Source: a virus
Taxonomy: Duplodnaviria > Caudoviricetes
DNA: 36,501 nucleotides
IMG/VR virus record: IMGVR_UViG_3300020044_000427
Coordinates: 1 to 36,501 of that record
Strand: one strand, 5' to 3'
Shown here: positions 7,601 through 16,765 of the stretch, piece after piece
Layout: each line of letters begins with the position of its first letter
How positions within the stretch are numbered: the stretch's first letter is position 1
The notes under the pieces: model-generated
Told to the model about the DNA's origin: nothing
The model's input: only the letters and a program-made list of their open reading frames with translations
Databases searched by the model: none
Made by a program: the position numbers and the translations under genes

Positions 7601-10291
7601 AATGCGTCCATCCAGAATACGGAAAATATCTTCGGTCGAGAGGGTAGGTAGGATCAGTTGCCACTTGCCAATATCAACAGTGTCGATGGCACCACGAAGG
7701 AGTGCCCAGTTTTCCTTGTCGCCACGGGCCAGTTTAACGAGGTTAATTCCATCACTCAGAACGTCAGCCGTATCATTGGTGGCCGCAATCCGCTTCTGGA
7801 TACGGTTCATCTTAGTCCGGATAGCCTTGGCCTTTGCCAGTGCCGTGCGCTTCTGGGCTTCAGTTAGGACAACTGGCTTACCGTTGGAAACCACTTTAGG
7901 TTTTCTAGGCGCAGGCCCGCTCGGGCCACCAGTGGTAGTCGGAGGCGGAGGGGGAGCAGGCGGCGCACCCGTACCACCAGTGGCAGGGACCTCGGACGCA
8001 ACCTCTGCGGATGCTGGCGTAGGCGCAGCTTGCGCTTCAGCGACGCGTTCCTGTGCCCACTGCGCCCCAGCTACACGTGAGAGGGCTACATCGCCGCCTT
8101 CAGATGGCCCAAGGGGGATTTTTGTATTGTCGAGACCGTAGGTTTTAAGCGCGTCGGAGTAGGACATCGGTTCGCGGCCATTGCGGATATCATCTACGCC
8201 CGCAAGGAACGCGTCTTGGTCAAAGTCACGGTCTTGTGCCTCGGAGATAGCAAAGTTTTCAAGGTCTGTTAGGATTTCCTGTGGGGTAGGCGCAGATGTG
8301 GGCTCAATCGTAGGCTCAATCGTAGGCTCAATCGTAGGCTCAATCGTAGGCTCAACCACAGCCGTCTCTGCAACCGTAGGCTCAACCATTTCCGGCGCAG
8401 GCGTAGGCATAGACACGGTGATGCTCGGCGCATTGCGCATCCGTTCATCCATCCCAGCGACGGCTTCATCAATCTTCGCAGATTCTACAGCCTGTTCCTC
8501 GGGGGTAAGTGCAGCCGGGGTGATACCCACTTCACGTGCACTTGCTTGAGCTATTGTTGGGATAGTGCCAGCAGCGGGGGTAGGCGCAACGGCTGCTTCA
8601 ATGGCAGCCTTGACAGGAGCCACAGCCACTTCGTCAATGGAAGGCGCAGCCGGTGCGGCGCGCTCTATGCCCGCTACCTTATACACAATATCGACAGGAT
8701 CAAACTGCTCACCACGGCTGGCTGCATTCACCATCTGGTTGACGGCTTGACCGTATGTTTTTGCGGGTAGTCCTTGCAGTTCAGGCGTAGCAATAACGAT
8801 GTCGGACGCGATGTATTTAGCAGCCGAAGTACGCTCTTTCCGCGTGGGGGCTTCCATGATCGGAGTAATGTCGAATGTAGGTGTAGGTGTAGGTGTAGGT
8901 GTTAGTGTATCGACTCCCGCTCCCTCGCCAACATCAGGAACTGATACGCCAGAAATAGGTCGCTCCAGTCCTCCTGTGACAGCTTCTCCAAGGTCTGGGG
9001 TACCAGTTGTGATTGCCGAGGGTTCGAAATCAGGAGCAGTGCTTGCTCCAACTCCTCCGACGACATCCATTCCGGTATCAACATCGGATGCGACATCAGC
9101 TTCTCCTTCCGGGCCAAGCATAGTGTTAACGATTGCTGTATCGTACAGCTTACCTGCGCCCTTGACGGCTTGATTAAATGCTTGGCGCTGGGTTAGTTCA
9201 GGGTTCTGGTCACGCAGTGCCTGCGTCTCAACGGTCAGTAGCCGCAGATATTCCTGTTCGACTTGAGGAGAATCCCCTAAGTCCGTCTCGGTCTTGGCTT
9301 CTGCCTTACCCCGATTAACCGCTGCATTGACGGCTTCTATACCACCACGACCACCGCCCCCGATACCACCACCGACGAGCGCGCCAAACGCAGCCTGCTC
9401 AAACATTTCTCCAGCGTCGATATCCGATCCGGTAACCACACGTGGGTTAGCATATTCAATAGCCGACTGAATAGCTTCGGTGCCGCCTTCAAGGAGCGCA
9501 GCTTTACCAATGCGCCCGAGGACAGTCTTAGCCGGAGCACCAAATATACCGCCCAAACCCAACTGGTCCAGCGCGGTTACGGCAAGTGCTCCGGGAGCGA
9601 CTTTAGCTAGGTCTGAAAACTCTACGTCTTGCCGACCTTCTAGCTCTGTTGCTTCTCGACCTTGGCTACCAAAATTAGACGCTAACCCCAAACCGGGTAT
9701 CGGAACGGCAGCAGCGAGCATGCCGGGTATACTCTCTGTGCCTTTTTCTAGGATATAAGGTACAACGTTACGTAAGAAGTTTTTCTTTACGTCTTCCTCA
9801 GTGGTAGCACCCTTTATCTCTACGCCCTTGTCGGCTGCAAAACGTCGAGCTTCTTCCGTAAACTGCTTTTTGAGTTCAGGGTCGGATTCGATAGCACGCT
9901 GGGTATCTTTTATATTTGCTGTCGTAGACAGAAGCCCTCTGGAGAAGAAATCCCCGAGCCGATCAAAGAAGCCAGTTTGGGTTTTAATGTCTTCTAGCGC
10001 GCCACGCTGCCCAAGCTCCTGCATATATGCAGTGCGTTCACGTGCTTGTTTTATCGCGGCTTCACGATTGGTGAAGTAATCAAATAGCCCCGGAGCTTCT
10101 ACCTCCTTTAGCGGCTGACGAGCTTGTAACCGCGCTTCAGCGGTAGGCGCAGCCGCCACGGTAGCTGGCACAGGGGTAGGTGCTTTGCTCGCGGCAATCT
10201 GTTCCTTAACCACACGCTGGATAACTTCCATTGGCGTGTCATCAGGAAACTCAAGGACGCGGCCATCGGCAAGTTCGGCGCGTTTTGTCAC
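4634..10291 (-). CDS. Large internal virion / DNA ejection protein (position of T7 gp16 / P22 gp16), 1885 aa
   Basis: Last and largest late gene; N-terminal ADGRVLEFPDDTP motif; Gly/Ala-rich amphipathic segments; Pro/Thr/Ala linker; helical C-terminal half with a hydrophobic stretch. Confidence 0.75.
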   Translation of the reverse strand: MTKRAELADGRVLEFPDDTPMEVIQRVVKEQIAASKAPTPVPATVAAAPTAEARLQARQPLKEVEAPGLFDYFTNREAAIKQARERTAYMQELGQRGALEDIKTQTGFFDRLGDFFSRGLLSTTANIKDTQRAIESDPELKKQFTEEARRFAADKGVEIKGATTEEDVKKNFLRNVVPYILEKGTESIPGMLAAAVPIPGLGLASNFGSQGREATELEGRQDVEFSDLAKVAPGALAVTALDQLGLGGIFGAPAKTVLGRIGKAALLEGGTEAIQSAIEYANPRVVTGSDIDAGEMFEQAAFGALVGGGIGGGGRGGIEAVNAAVNRGKAEAKTETDLGDSPQVEQEYLRLLTVETQALRDQNPELTQRQAFNQAVKGAGKLYDTAIVNTMLGPEGEADVASDVDTGMDVVGGVGASTAPDFEPSAITTGTPDLGEAVTGGLERPISGVSVPDVGEGAGVDTLTPTPTPTPTFDITPIMEAPTRKERTSAAKYIASDIVIATPELQGLPAKTYGQAVNQMVNAASRGEQFDPVDIVYKVAGIERAAPAAPSIDEVAVAPVKAAIEAAVAPTPAAGTIPTIAQASAREVGITPAALTPEEQAVESAKIDEAVAGMDERMRNAPSITVSMPTPAPEMVEPTVAETAVVEPTIEPTIEPTIEPTIEPTSAPTPQEILTDLENFAISEAQDRDFDQDAFLAGVDDIRNGREPMSYSDALKTYGLDNTKIPLGPSEGGDVALSRVAGAQWAQERVAEAQAAPTPASAEVASEVPATGGTGAPPAPPPPPTTTGGPSGPAPRKPKVVSNGKPVVLTEAQKRTALAKAKAIRTKMNRIQKRIAATNDTADVLSDGINLVKLARGDKENWALLRGAIDTVDIGKWQLILPTLSTEDIFRILDGRIPGLTEADRIIQQDVTRFQTKEYLKLADELEQVADFLKKYPKAAQALSDLEFATVAYQVDPTKAATPEEYFAKVDGKAKELRAQIKTEKDPKKKGRLEAKLKNRSKDIESVYVGVPGDERVLGWRDLGRPEFGSGKGREVFKLLRDGHRRDLEAKYDALRLRLMETKKDEALDEALEKLEAQFKPAREQVIYFPAMRFGSYYARVGTGANSIFKLFETPTQRNKFVRVMESRGEEVTETGNVEDLRNQFGQTAGGPLKEVLDLFEGDQKDLGALKSQVFDLWLQTMSAGDMRKHMAPRKMRAGYSTDILKNFANFRRSSINDVKRAQFGEKLRTEISRAKDMVKDMPDREKMNAFIKEVELRTLSDLMPPERGNPYWEGAIQLGNKMAFYQYLANPKTALIQLTQLHIVALPMLAQKYGSAKATAALSKYGFSSLGGFVVSPLKAIKREDGRFTFDWEQPNLLDNPISALKEESDPELYEVLSEGWNEGRDLNLYMDTFANQIGGYGNNDPQQSSALQELMKGRVHTAAWRGTTFAFEAMGTLMHQMERVNREATYMAALELAYRENKKKGQAHAEAKKNAIEAAVGTTLAATFDFSSYNKPRVLNTGVGRLAGQFMSYPYMMTSLLARNMYTAIKVSGLEPGERKAAIQTATGVLFNIGLYAGLTGVPLYGIATTIASLLLWAFDDDEEEGGLSYIDEDGNIKATYNIDWWVRNVWIPKTFGPDGTVANLFDLDDGTAEVLARSVEKGPISAITDIDLSNSVALDFMFFLPRESRADTPEGKVVDYTFSAVTGAAGNVVLDYIKAGKDLMNGYTDRALERLPKLFGNVAKANRFATEGQTNYNRELVGMDADFWSSDKAILQALSFASTEADQRQQQNYEAKSINVKIEKARADFLNKLRKTALDRYQYGVTPETEAAQQQIVKEWVEFNQTYPTHVIGLDSFYEVQNNAVNNAVESYGTRGLPMDPKGVKTPYLSDLYLRRLETEKQ
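8301..8355. repeat. 12-bp tandem repeat (GGCTCAATCGTA)x4 plus partial copy, encoding (EPTI)n
   Basis: Read directly; in frame within the linker of the large protein. Confidence 0.95.
8876..8902. repeat. 6-bp tandem repeat (TGTAGG)x4.5, encoding (TP)n
   Basis: Read directly. Confidence 0.9.
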
Positions 10292-11712
10292 TAGATTGGG
10301 TTACCATTCCTATCAAACTTAATCGTATTGCCGCTACCACCGCCAAACACACGGTTAGTAACCTTTTCAGCCTCGTCCTGTAAATACCTCTGCCCAGCGT
10401 TAATCCCGCCAGCCTTGACGATCCTCTGGTATTCTGGGTCTGTCGCCGCGTTCTGTTTAAAGCTACCGAGCGTATCGGCAAAGAAAGCACCCCTACGCTC
10501 TTGGAGACCCATCCTACCAACTTCGATGTTACCCGCAGTAGAAATCTGCTGCTGCTGGATGCCCGCAGCCGCACTGACTTGTGCCACATAACGACGATCA
10601 GCACTACCCATGTTTTCCCAAAGATTCTGGAAGGAGCGCTGCTTCATGGCGTCCGCCAACGTGCCGTACTTCGCCAGCATATCGAGAGCCTTATCAGCGC
10701 GCTCGGTAATTTCTTTATTACCCATCCGCTCTTCGTCGACCAAAGTTTTCATCACAGCGCGCTGCTCAGCGCGGCGTTCCTTGGCGTTAGCCGCAATACC
10801 CGGTAGAGCTTCCCCGATACCCGCGCTGACAGCCTGAAGCAGAGAACCCGGTGTCGTCGCCATCTTTGCGCCTATTTGACTGAGGGCCGCCCACATGTCT
10901 TCCTTGCGCCGAGCCTTCTGGGTTTCGGGACTCCTCATTTCGTCGAGATACTTGGCGAACTGTTCCGCCCGCTCCGTCTTGCGGGGAGCCGCTTCGGTAT
11001 AACGGTCAAGGTTAGATATTAAGTCACCCGAATAACCGGAGATGTTTTGAGGTGTCTTAAAGTCCGGTGTAGCGGGGAAGTACGACATCCGCGCAGGTCT
11101 GTTGACCGTAGCGTCAACAATAATTTCCCCATCAGGGCCGATCCTGCTTGGAGGCGCAGCGAACTGATCCTGCTCGTCTTCCTCTTCGGGAGGGTTTGCA
11201 AGCAGAGCCGCGACACCCTTAGCTTTAACAGGACCAGCACCAGCGAACGCAACCATACCACCGCCAGCATAGCCGTCGTCAAACCCACCGTTGGTAGGCT
11301 CATCAAACATAGTGTCAGGCACGGGCAGCATAGCTAGACCGCCTTCAGCCATACCCTGTGGAGCCATATCTTGAGGAGGCATAGGAGGCGGAGCCATACC
11401 CTGTGGCGGAGGAGCCATAGGAGGCGGAGCACCCATACCTTGCGCCGGAGCGGGCGGAGCACCCATAGGCGGAGGAGCACCCATAGGAGCCATTTGTGGT
11501 TGACCACCACCTAAAACTTGTTGCGCAACGGACGGTGCCTGCCCAGCTTCCATAACCTGTGCAGAACGCATACGGTCAATAAACATACCGGCAAGTACGG
11601 CAGCAGTAGGGTCAACGACGCCCATCTGCGCAGCCTGCGCAATACGCTGCTTGTTACCAGCATACTCCTTAGCGATGTCTTCTGGTGCTTGAATGCTGAA
11701 CGGCTTAGCCAA
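10291..11712 (-). CDS. Internal virion / ejection protein, 473 aa
   Basis: Synteny; Pro/Met-rich MGAPPP repeats; MAEGG and YAGGG motifs; helical C-terminal half; TTG start with AAGGAG RBS. Confidence 0.7.
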   Translation of the reverse strand: MAKPFSIQAPEDIAKEYAGNKQRIAQAAQMGVVDPTAAVLAGMFIDRMRSAQVMEAGQAPSVAQQVLGGGQPQMAPMGAPPPMGAPPAPAQGMGAPPPMAPPPQGMAPPPMPPQDMAPQGMAEGGLAMLPVPDTMFDEPTNGGFDDGYAGGGMVAFAGAGPVKAKGVAALLANPPEEEDEQDQFAAPPSRIGPDGEIIVDATVNRPARMSYFPATPDFKTPQNISGYSGDLISNLDRYTEAAPRKTERAEQFAKYLDEMRSPETQKARRKEDMWAALSQIGAKMATTPGSLLQAVSAGIGEALPGIAANAKERRAEQRAVMKTLVDEERMGNKEITERADKALDMLAKYGTLADAMKQRSFQNLWENMGSADRRYVAQVSAAAGIQQQQISTAGNIEVGRMGLQERRGAFFADTLGSFKQNAATDPEYQRIVKAGGINAGQRYLQDEAEKVTNRVFGGGSGNTIKFDRNGNPI

Positions 11713-11723
11713 CTTATATCTCC

Positions 11724-13145
11724 TTAACCGGATAACGACCTATACGCACCGAGCGCACCTAAGCCGGTACCAAGTACCTGAGAAGCCATAGATGGGTTCT
11801 GGCCGTATGTAATATTGGTCGTGTTAAGACCTACAGGCAGACCGCGTAGCAGGTTGCTCATATACCCCAACTGCTCGATAGGATAGTCACGCTGACGCAG
11901 GAAGTCAGCATAATACTGGTCGAGCCTCTGCTGTTCCATTGCTTGTGCTTGCCCTGCCGCCGTATTCTGCGCGCCAAGCCGTGCCAAATCAGCCTGCTGC
12001 TGGTACTGCCCAAGGTTACCAAGGGTCTGCGCCATCTGTCCAGTCTGTCCGAAGGCAGCCAGTTGGTTCTGTGCACCAAACTGGTTCGATTGTTCCGCAA
12101 GGCGCTGCGCTTCAAGCGCCGCCTGCTGGTTGGCGAGCAGACCCTGCATACCTGTCTGGGTACCCAACTGCTGCGTACCAAGAGCCGCCTGCAGATTGCT
12201 TTGACCCACTTGTAACCGTGATTGCTGGTTAGCAAGGGCTGCACGAAGTGCTTGATCGGCGTTCATACCCTGTGTCTGCAGCTGTGCTGCGAGGTTCTGT
12301 ACGTTGGCTTGGCTAGATGCGTCGAGGTTAGCGAGAGCCGCCTGCAACCCCGTCTGAGTGCCCAACTGCTGCACACCGAGTTTTGCCTGCAAGTTAGCTT
12401 GAGCCGCCTGCTGCTGCGCCGCCTGCTCGGCGTTAAACTGCTGCATGGCAGCACCATATGCACTCTGCATACCTTGCGCTTCGATATCGCCCATCTGTTG
12501 TCCAAGGGCACGTTCACGCTCTGTGGCAGCGAGAAGTTGACGGGCACCGCCATAAGTACCCTGACGCGCAGCGCCGAGGTCTTGGGCCAACTGCCCCTTA
12601 CGGGCATCAGTAACCGCTTCGCGCTTTTGTACGTCGAGCACGTTGCGCATGTATGGCGACATATACCGCTCAGTCATACCCTGCTGGGTTATGCTGTCTG
12701 GCCCCTGCATCTGGTAGGCGGTTAATTCTGGGGCAAATTGCGTCTGAGCAGCCTGCATCTGCGGAGCATTATAGTTACCCGCTACGACATCCCCAGCGTC
12801 TTGCATCCGGTACTGTTGTAGCTCAGGCAACCCGACTTGTTGCGCAGTAAACTGAGCAGGTGTGTAGTTAGCAGCGCGAAGCGAACCCTGACCGGCAAGT
12901 GCCGCAAGCCCCGAAGCGTCCGCAAGTTGCTTAGGGGAAGTCATGTTAAGGTAGTTTTGCTGGATTTGCTGTTGAGCAGGTGTGAAGTCAGCGATCCGCT
13001 CGTACTTATATGGCGTATAGCCCTCGTTGGACCACGCCTGCGTACGCTGCATCACATTCTCAAAATACGGTCTTGCGTATTCCGGTATGGTATTTGTAGT
13101 CGTGTTTACCGTCTGTTGTGTCGGTGCGCTGCTACCAGAGGCCAT
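11724..13145 (-). CDS. Gln/Ala-rich DNA transfer (pilot/ejection) protein, 473 aa
   Basis: N-terminal SGSS..TQQTV..IPEYARPY, coiled-coil Q/A repeats, C-terminal Gly-rich hydrophobic tail (VLGTGLGALGAY), typical of podovirus ejection proteins. Confidence 0.7.
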   Translation of the reverse strand: MASGSSAPTQQTVNTTTNTIPEYARPYFENVMQRTQAWSNEGYTPYKYERIADFTPAQQQIQQNYLNMTSPKQLADASGLAALAGQGSLRAANYTPAQFTAQQVGLPELQQYRMQDAGDVVAGNYNAPQMQAAQTQFAPELTAYQMQGPDSITQQGMTERYMSPYMRNVLDVQKREAVTDARKGQLAQDLGAARQGTYGGARQLLAATERERALGQQMGDIEAQGMQSAYGAAMQQFNAEQAAQQQAAQANLQAKLGVQQLGTQTGLQAALANLDASSQANVQNLAAQLQTQGMNADQALRAALANQQSRLQVGQSNLQAALGTQQLGTQTGMQGLLANQQAALEAQRLAEQSNQFGAQNQLAAFGQTGQMAQTLGNLGQYQQQADLARLGAQNTAAGQAQAMEQQRLDQYYADFLRQRDYPIEQLGYMSNLLRGLPVGLNTTNITYGQNPSMASQVLGTGLGALGAYRSLSG

Positions 13146-13146
13146 C

Positions 13147-13578
13147 TTACTTCTCCTGCTCTACTGGCATTTCAAAGTGCCGAAGGGTAGGCACATAGCC
13201 ATCATCCTTAAACACTTTTTGCCAACCATCGCGCCCTGCGCCTTCAATGCCGTCACAACCATTATCTTTAGCCCACGAACGCAGTACTGATAGCATAGGT
13301 TCTTTCCAACTGAAACCATCTTGACCACCGCAGAACTCAAGAAAGAGATACTTTTTGCGTGGGTAATCAATGAACCGAGTTATTACCGCACCTTTGATAT
13401 CCGCGTCGTCAAAAGCAATCCACAGCGGGTACTTATAACGCACGACTAAATCAAGCACGTCTTCCAACTCGTATTTACCCGAGGTAAATTTTACCGCCTT
13501 AGCAACGTACTTCTCTATCGCAGGCCAAACCTGCGCAACATAGTCGGTAGGTACAAGGGAGACGTTCACGGTGCTCAT
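13147..13578 (-). CDS. GNAT-fold-like virion assembly protein (T7 gp13 / P22 gp14 positional analogue)
   Basis: 143 aa; GAVIT, WAKDNGCDGIEGAGRDGWQKV pattern; lies among ejection genes. Confidence 0.55.
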   Translation of the reverse strand: MSTVNVSLVPTDYVAQVWPAIEKYVAKAVKFTSGKYELEDVLDLVVRYKYPLWIAFDDADIKGAVITRFIDYPRKKYLFLEFCGGQDGFSWKEPMLSVLRSWAKDNGCDGIEGAGRDGWQKVFKDDGYVPTLRHFEMPVEQEK

Positions 13579-13580
13579 AC

Positions 13581-16031
13581 TTACGCCCCTAAGCCTTTAG
13601 CGAGCTTCGTGTCTTGTCCACGCCCAGCGCGTTTGCGTGCTTTGTGGGCCTTTTCCATCATGGCATAGAGCTTCTGCGTACCGCGCTTCGCACTACCACC
13701 GCCAAGGCGCTTTACAGCTTTGGGTTGGAAGATAACTTCGTCGCGGGCTACGCGTGCTTCTTGTTTGCCACCGATCCGTGCAGGGACAGAGTCGCTTACC
13801 CCATCACCGCGACCGCGCACTGGCTGACCGCCTAGGCGCTGGAGGAGTTCAATACCAGCGTTGCTGCTACCGTTACCGAGTTCTGAAACCGTGCGGGCGT
13901 CAACTACAAAGGCTCCGTTGTGCATGTTTACCGGTCCGCCTGCAGCAAGTTCTGGGTTGTTAGGCATCCCAAACTCTGCATTGCTGCTGCCACCGCCACC
14001 GCCATATTGCTTAGCGAGCGCATCAAAGAACGCATCTGTGCCGATAAGTGATGCTAGGTTAGCGTTTGGATTAGTCTGCACTGCACCTGCGGAAGGCCCA
14101 AAGCCGAAGTCCATCTCGCCGCCTACGTTTCCGGTATCCATAATGGTACCTGCATTCGGGTTAGGTTGCCGGTTAGCCTGCTGGTTATAGATGTTCATGT
14201 ACGGACTGTTTAGGTCAAAGCCTGCAAGCCCATCAAAGCCTGTATAACCCCTATTGCTGGCAGGTCCCGCTGTGTTAGCAGGTCTCGTCGTACCAGCAGT
14301 GTTGGGCAGATCAAAATTCAGTTCCCCGCCAGTACCGGTAGTTGTTGAGGCAGGTGCCGTAGTAGCAGGCGTACCGGCAGCGGCAGCGGCAGCGGCGCGG
14401 GCCGCAGCATTAGCTTGAGCGGCAGCACGGATACGCTCAGAAGGCGAACCACCAACATAAGTACGTGAAGCAGTGATCGCTCCGGGTGATGTTTGGTAAC
14501 GTGCAGTAGCTTCTGGTAGCTTTGCAAACAGTTCCGAACCCATGGTATATGGGTCGCGCTTATCAGTGACGAAGTCATCCTTCTGCGTGAACTTCGGCGT
14601 GTACAGGTCTTTAAGCGTCTGCACACCGGGACTATCGTATGTAGCACCGGGGATATCTGGGCGGTCAGTAAGCGTCGCACCTGTACCGGTACCGGGAGTT
14701 ATACTACCCTTGGTCGGGTCGATGGTCGTCTTAAGTGTATCGGTTACCGTGACTTTGTCTTCGGGGGGCTTAACGCCGCCTCCGCCGCCGGTATCTGGCT
14801 GGGGGAAAGATACTCGAGGTTTATCGTCTATAACCGTTGGAGCAGCAGGGGGTTTTACATATTCCCATTGGTACTGGTCGTTGAGACGGAACTGTTTGCC
14901 ACCTAGATTACTAAGCGTACCTGCCCCCATACCCATTTGTTTTAGTGTCTCACCCGGTGTAAGGCCGGTACGAACGCCTGTATTAGGGTCAACCATACCT
15001 CGAGTAAGCTGTCTTTGTGTGAACGTCGCGGGGTCAAACGCCGAAGGGTCAAAATCACCCTCTTTAACATCACCACCTTCTGCATAGCCACGGCGCTCGC
15101 CTGCGGCAGTTAAGAAACCAACTGGGTTGACTTCGTCGAAGAACTGGATTTCGCCCTCGCCTTCAACCCTAGGGTCAAACTTGCGCGGTATTGTGCGGTA
15201 CGGACCTTCGTACTTGAACTGATAACCCTCTTCGTCGGGATTGTAAGGTTTGTATGTAGGCTGCGAGGCATCCGAAATACCACTTAGTACACCCATACCC
15301 GCGATCATCGGAGCGTTCTTAGCAATGATACCGGGAGTACCAGCAGGGAGGCCAGCACGTGCAGCAGCACCGAAGTTTTGAGCCAGACCAGCAAGACCCG
15401 TTTTAGCTGCTGTAGTACCAGCAGTGGTGGCTGTGTTGGCCAGCATACTGTCCGCCGCGAGTCCACGCGCCATGTTAGCAGATGATCCAAAACCCCCAGC
15501 GGTCGATCCCGCTGCTGTTGACGCTAGTTTAGTTCCAGTAGCCGCAGGTGCGAGACCACCAGCAAGCGAAGCGCCGCCATATGCTTGGAGACCGGCCATC
15601 AGACCTTTCGAGAGGCTACCTGTTTTAGCGACAGAGCCAGCAGCAACAAGGCCAGCAGCAGCAAGGGGGCCGACACCGGGTATAAAGTTAAGTCCGATAC
15701 CAAGGAGTGTAGGTAACAGCTTCTTGAGGAAGCCAGCTTCAGGAAGGCCAGTCTCTGGGTTAATAGTAAGTGAGCCACCATGCGCCATAGCTAGGCCTTG
15801 GAGGCTGTTAACCTCGCCGGGTGTCATATGGACAAGCATGGAGTCATCGCCACGACCGTAGCTCTGAAGCTCCTTCGCCATAGGATTAGCAGTCACAGAG
15901 AGACCACCCTGCGCAGGGAGGCCACCAGACATACCCGGAACTTGCTGACCAAGCACAGGAGGATTACCCATAGTAGGCCTCATGCCACCTACCGGTGTAT
16001 ATGTTGGCGGAGCCGTCTGTACGTCCATCAT
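13581..16031 (-). CDS. Internal virion protein, 816 aa, with conserved termini and a low-complexity middle
   Basis: N-terminal GRGDDSMLVHMTPGEV...TINPETGLPEA, hydrophobic Gly/Ala segment, C-terminal GDGVSDSVPA / NGAFVV domain. Confidence 0.7.
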   Translation of the reverse strand: MMDVQTAPPTYTPVGGMRPTMGNPPVLGQQVPGMSGGLPAQGGLSVTANPMAKELQSYGRGDDSMLVHMTPGEVNSLQGLAMAHGGSLTINPETGLPEAGFLKKLLPTLLGIGLNFIPGVGPLAAAGLVAAGSVAKTGSLSKGLMAGLQAYGGASLAGGLAPAATGTKLASTAAGSTAGGFGSSANMARGLAADSMLANTATTAGTTAAKTGLAGLAQNFGAAARAGLPAGTPGIIAKNAPMIAGMGVLSGISDASQPTYKPYNPDEEGYQFKYEGPYRTIPRKFDPRVEGEGEIQFFDEVNPVGFLTAAGERRGYAEGGDVKEGDFDPSAFDPATFTQRQLTRGMVDPNTGVRTGLTPGETLKQMGMGAGTLSNLGGKQFRLNDQYQWEYVKPPAAPTVIDDKPRVSFPQPDTGGGGGVKPPEDKVTVTDTLKTTIDPTKGSITPGTGTGATLTDRPDIPGATYDSPGVQTLKDLYTPKFTQKDDFVTDKRDPYTMGSELFAKLPEATARYQTSPGAITASRTYVGGSPSERIRAAAQANAAARAAAAAAAGTPATTAPASTTTGTGGELNFDLPNTAGTTRPANTAGPASNRGYTGFDGLAGFDLNSPYMNIYNQQANRQPNPNAGTIMDTGNVGGEMDFGFGPSAGAVQTNPNANLASLIGTDAFFDALAKQYGGGGGSSNAEFGMPNNPELAAGGPVNMHNGAFVVDARTVSELGNGSSNAGIELLQRLGGQPVRGRGDGVSDSVPARIGGKQEARVARDEVIFQPKAVKRLGGGSAKRGTQKLYAMMEKAHKARKRAGRGQDTKLAKGLGA

Positions 16032-16093
16032 GCTAATTCCTACCTTGTTCCTACTTCTATAGCATTAATCTAACGAAAACTAAAATACCAATA

Positions 16094-16765
16094 TCACACG
16101 TTATTCGACATAAACTCAACCTGCACGATAGCCGAAGGTGTAGCTGGTATCGCAGGAGTCACACCTACTGAATATGTAACCGCCGGAAAATGTTCCATAG
16201 ATACGCTTGTGCTTGTGACATGCCACATAACTTGGATGTAATCATTTGCGGCTAGCTCAACCATGATCGGCGTCGTGACAATTAAGTGCGATGGGTTGCC
16301 CGTGCTTTTACGCGCCGGAATAGAAAACCGACTATTGGTGTCGGGGACATCCGCGCCATTCTTGCGGAGCCATATATCAATATCCTGCACATCGTTGGTC
16401 GTGTTTTTGAATTGGAGGCTATAGGTAACGGTATACACGCCCGCAGCAGGCACTGTAAGCCGAGAACCACTACTTAATGTGACCCCATCCACGAAGTCTG
16501 ATGCGTCATAAGTAACCGCATAGGCAGTGTCGATTGCAGCCGCCGTCTGATCGGTTTGGCTCTGGAACTGCCCGAAGGGGAAGGCTAAATGGATGCCACT
16601 CCCATAGAAGAAATCGGCTGTATAAGTCTGAGCGTTATTACCTGCACGTGAGTCAAGCTGTGAGAAGTACGTTTCCAACACACGGATAACCTGCCGCAAA
16701 TACTGTGGGTCGTATTCTGCTGGTGGGTTAGGCAGAGGGGCAGCGCGAAACTTATCAAGTGCCAT
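16094..16765 (-). CDS. Tail spike/needle-like protein with a C1q/BclA-like jelly-roll C-terminus
   Basis: Likely start ATG 16765 (TAATG coupling); N-terminal helix; LTVPAAGVYTVTYSLQF...WLRKNG...VELAANDYIQV pattern. Confidence 0.6.
   Translation of the reverse strand: MALDKFRAAPLPNPPAEYDPQYLRQVIRVLETYFSQLDSRAGNNAQTYTADFFYGSGIHLAFPFGQFQSQTDQTAAAIDTAYAVTYDASDFVDGVTLSSGSRLTVPAAGVYTVTYSLQFKNTTNDVQDIDIWLRKNGADVPDTNSRFSIPARKSTGNPSHLIVTTPIMVELAANDYIQVMWHVTSTSVSMEHFPAVTYSVGVTPAIPATPSAIVQVEFMSNNV

Noticed and set aside
16032-16093. Possible internal promoter (TGCTATAG on the - strand) before the ejection genes
   Set aside because: AT-rich gap with an extended -10-like hexamer but no convincing -35; too weak to call
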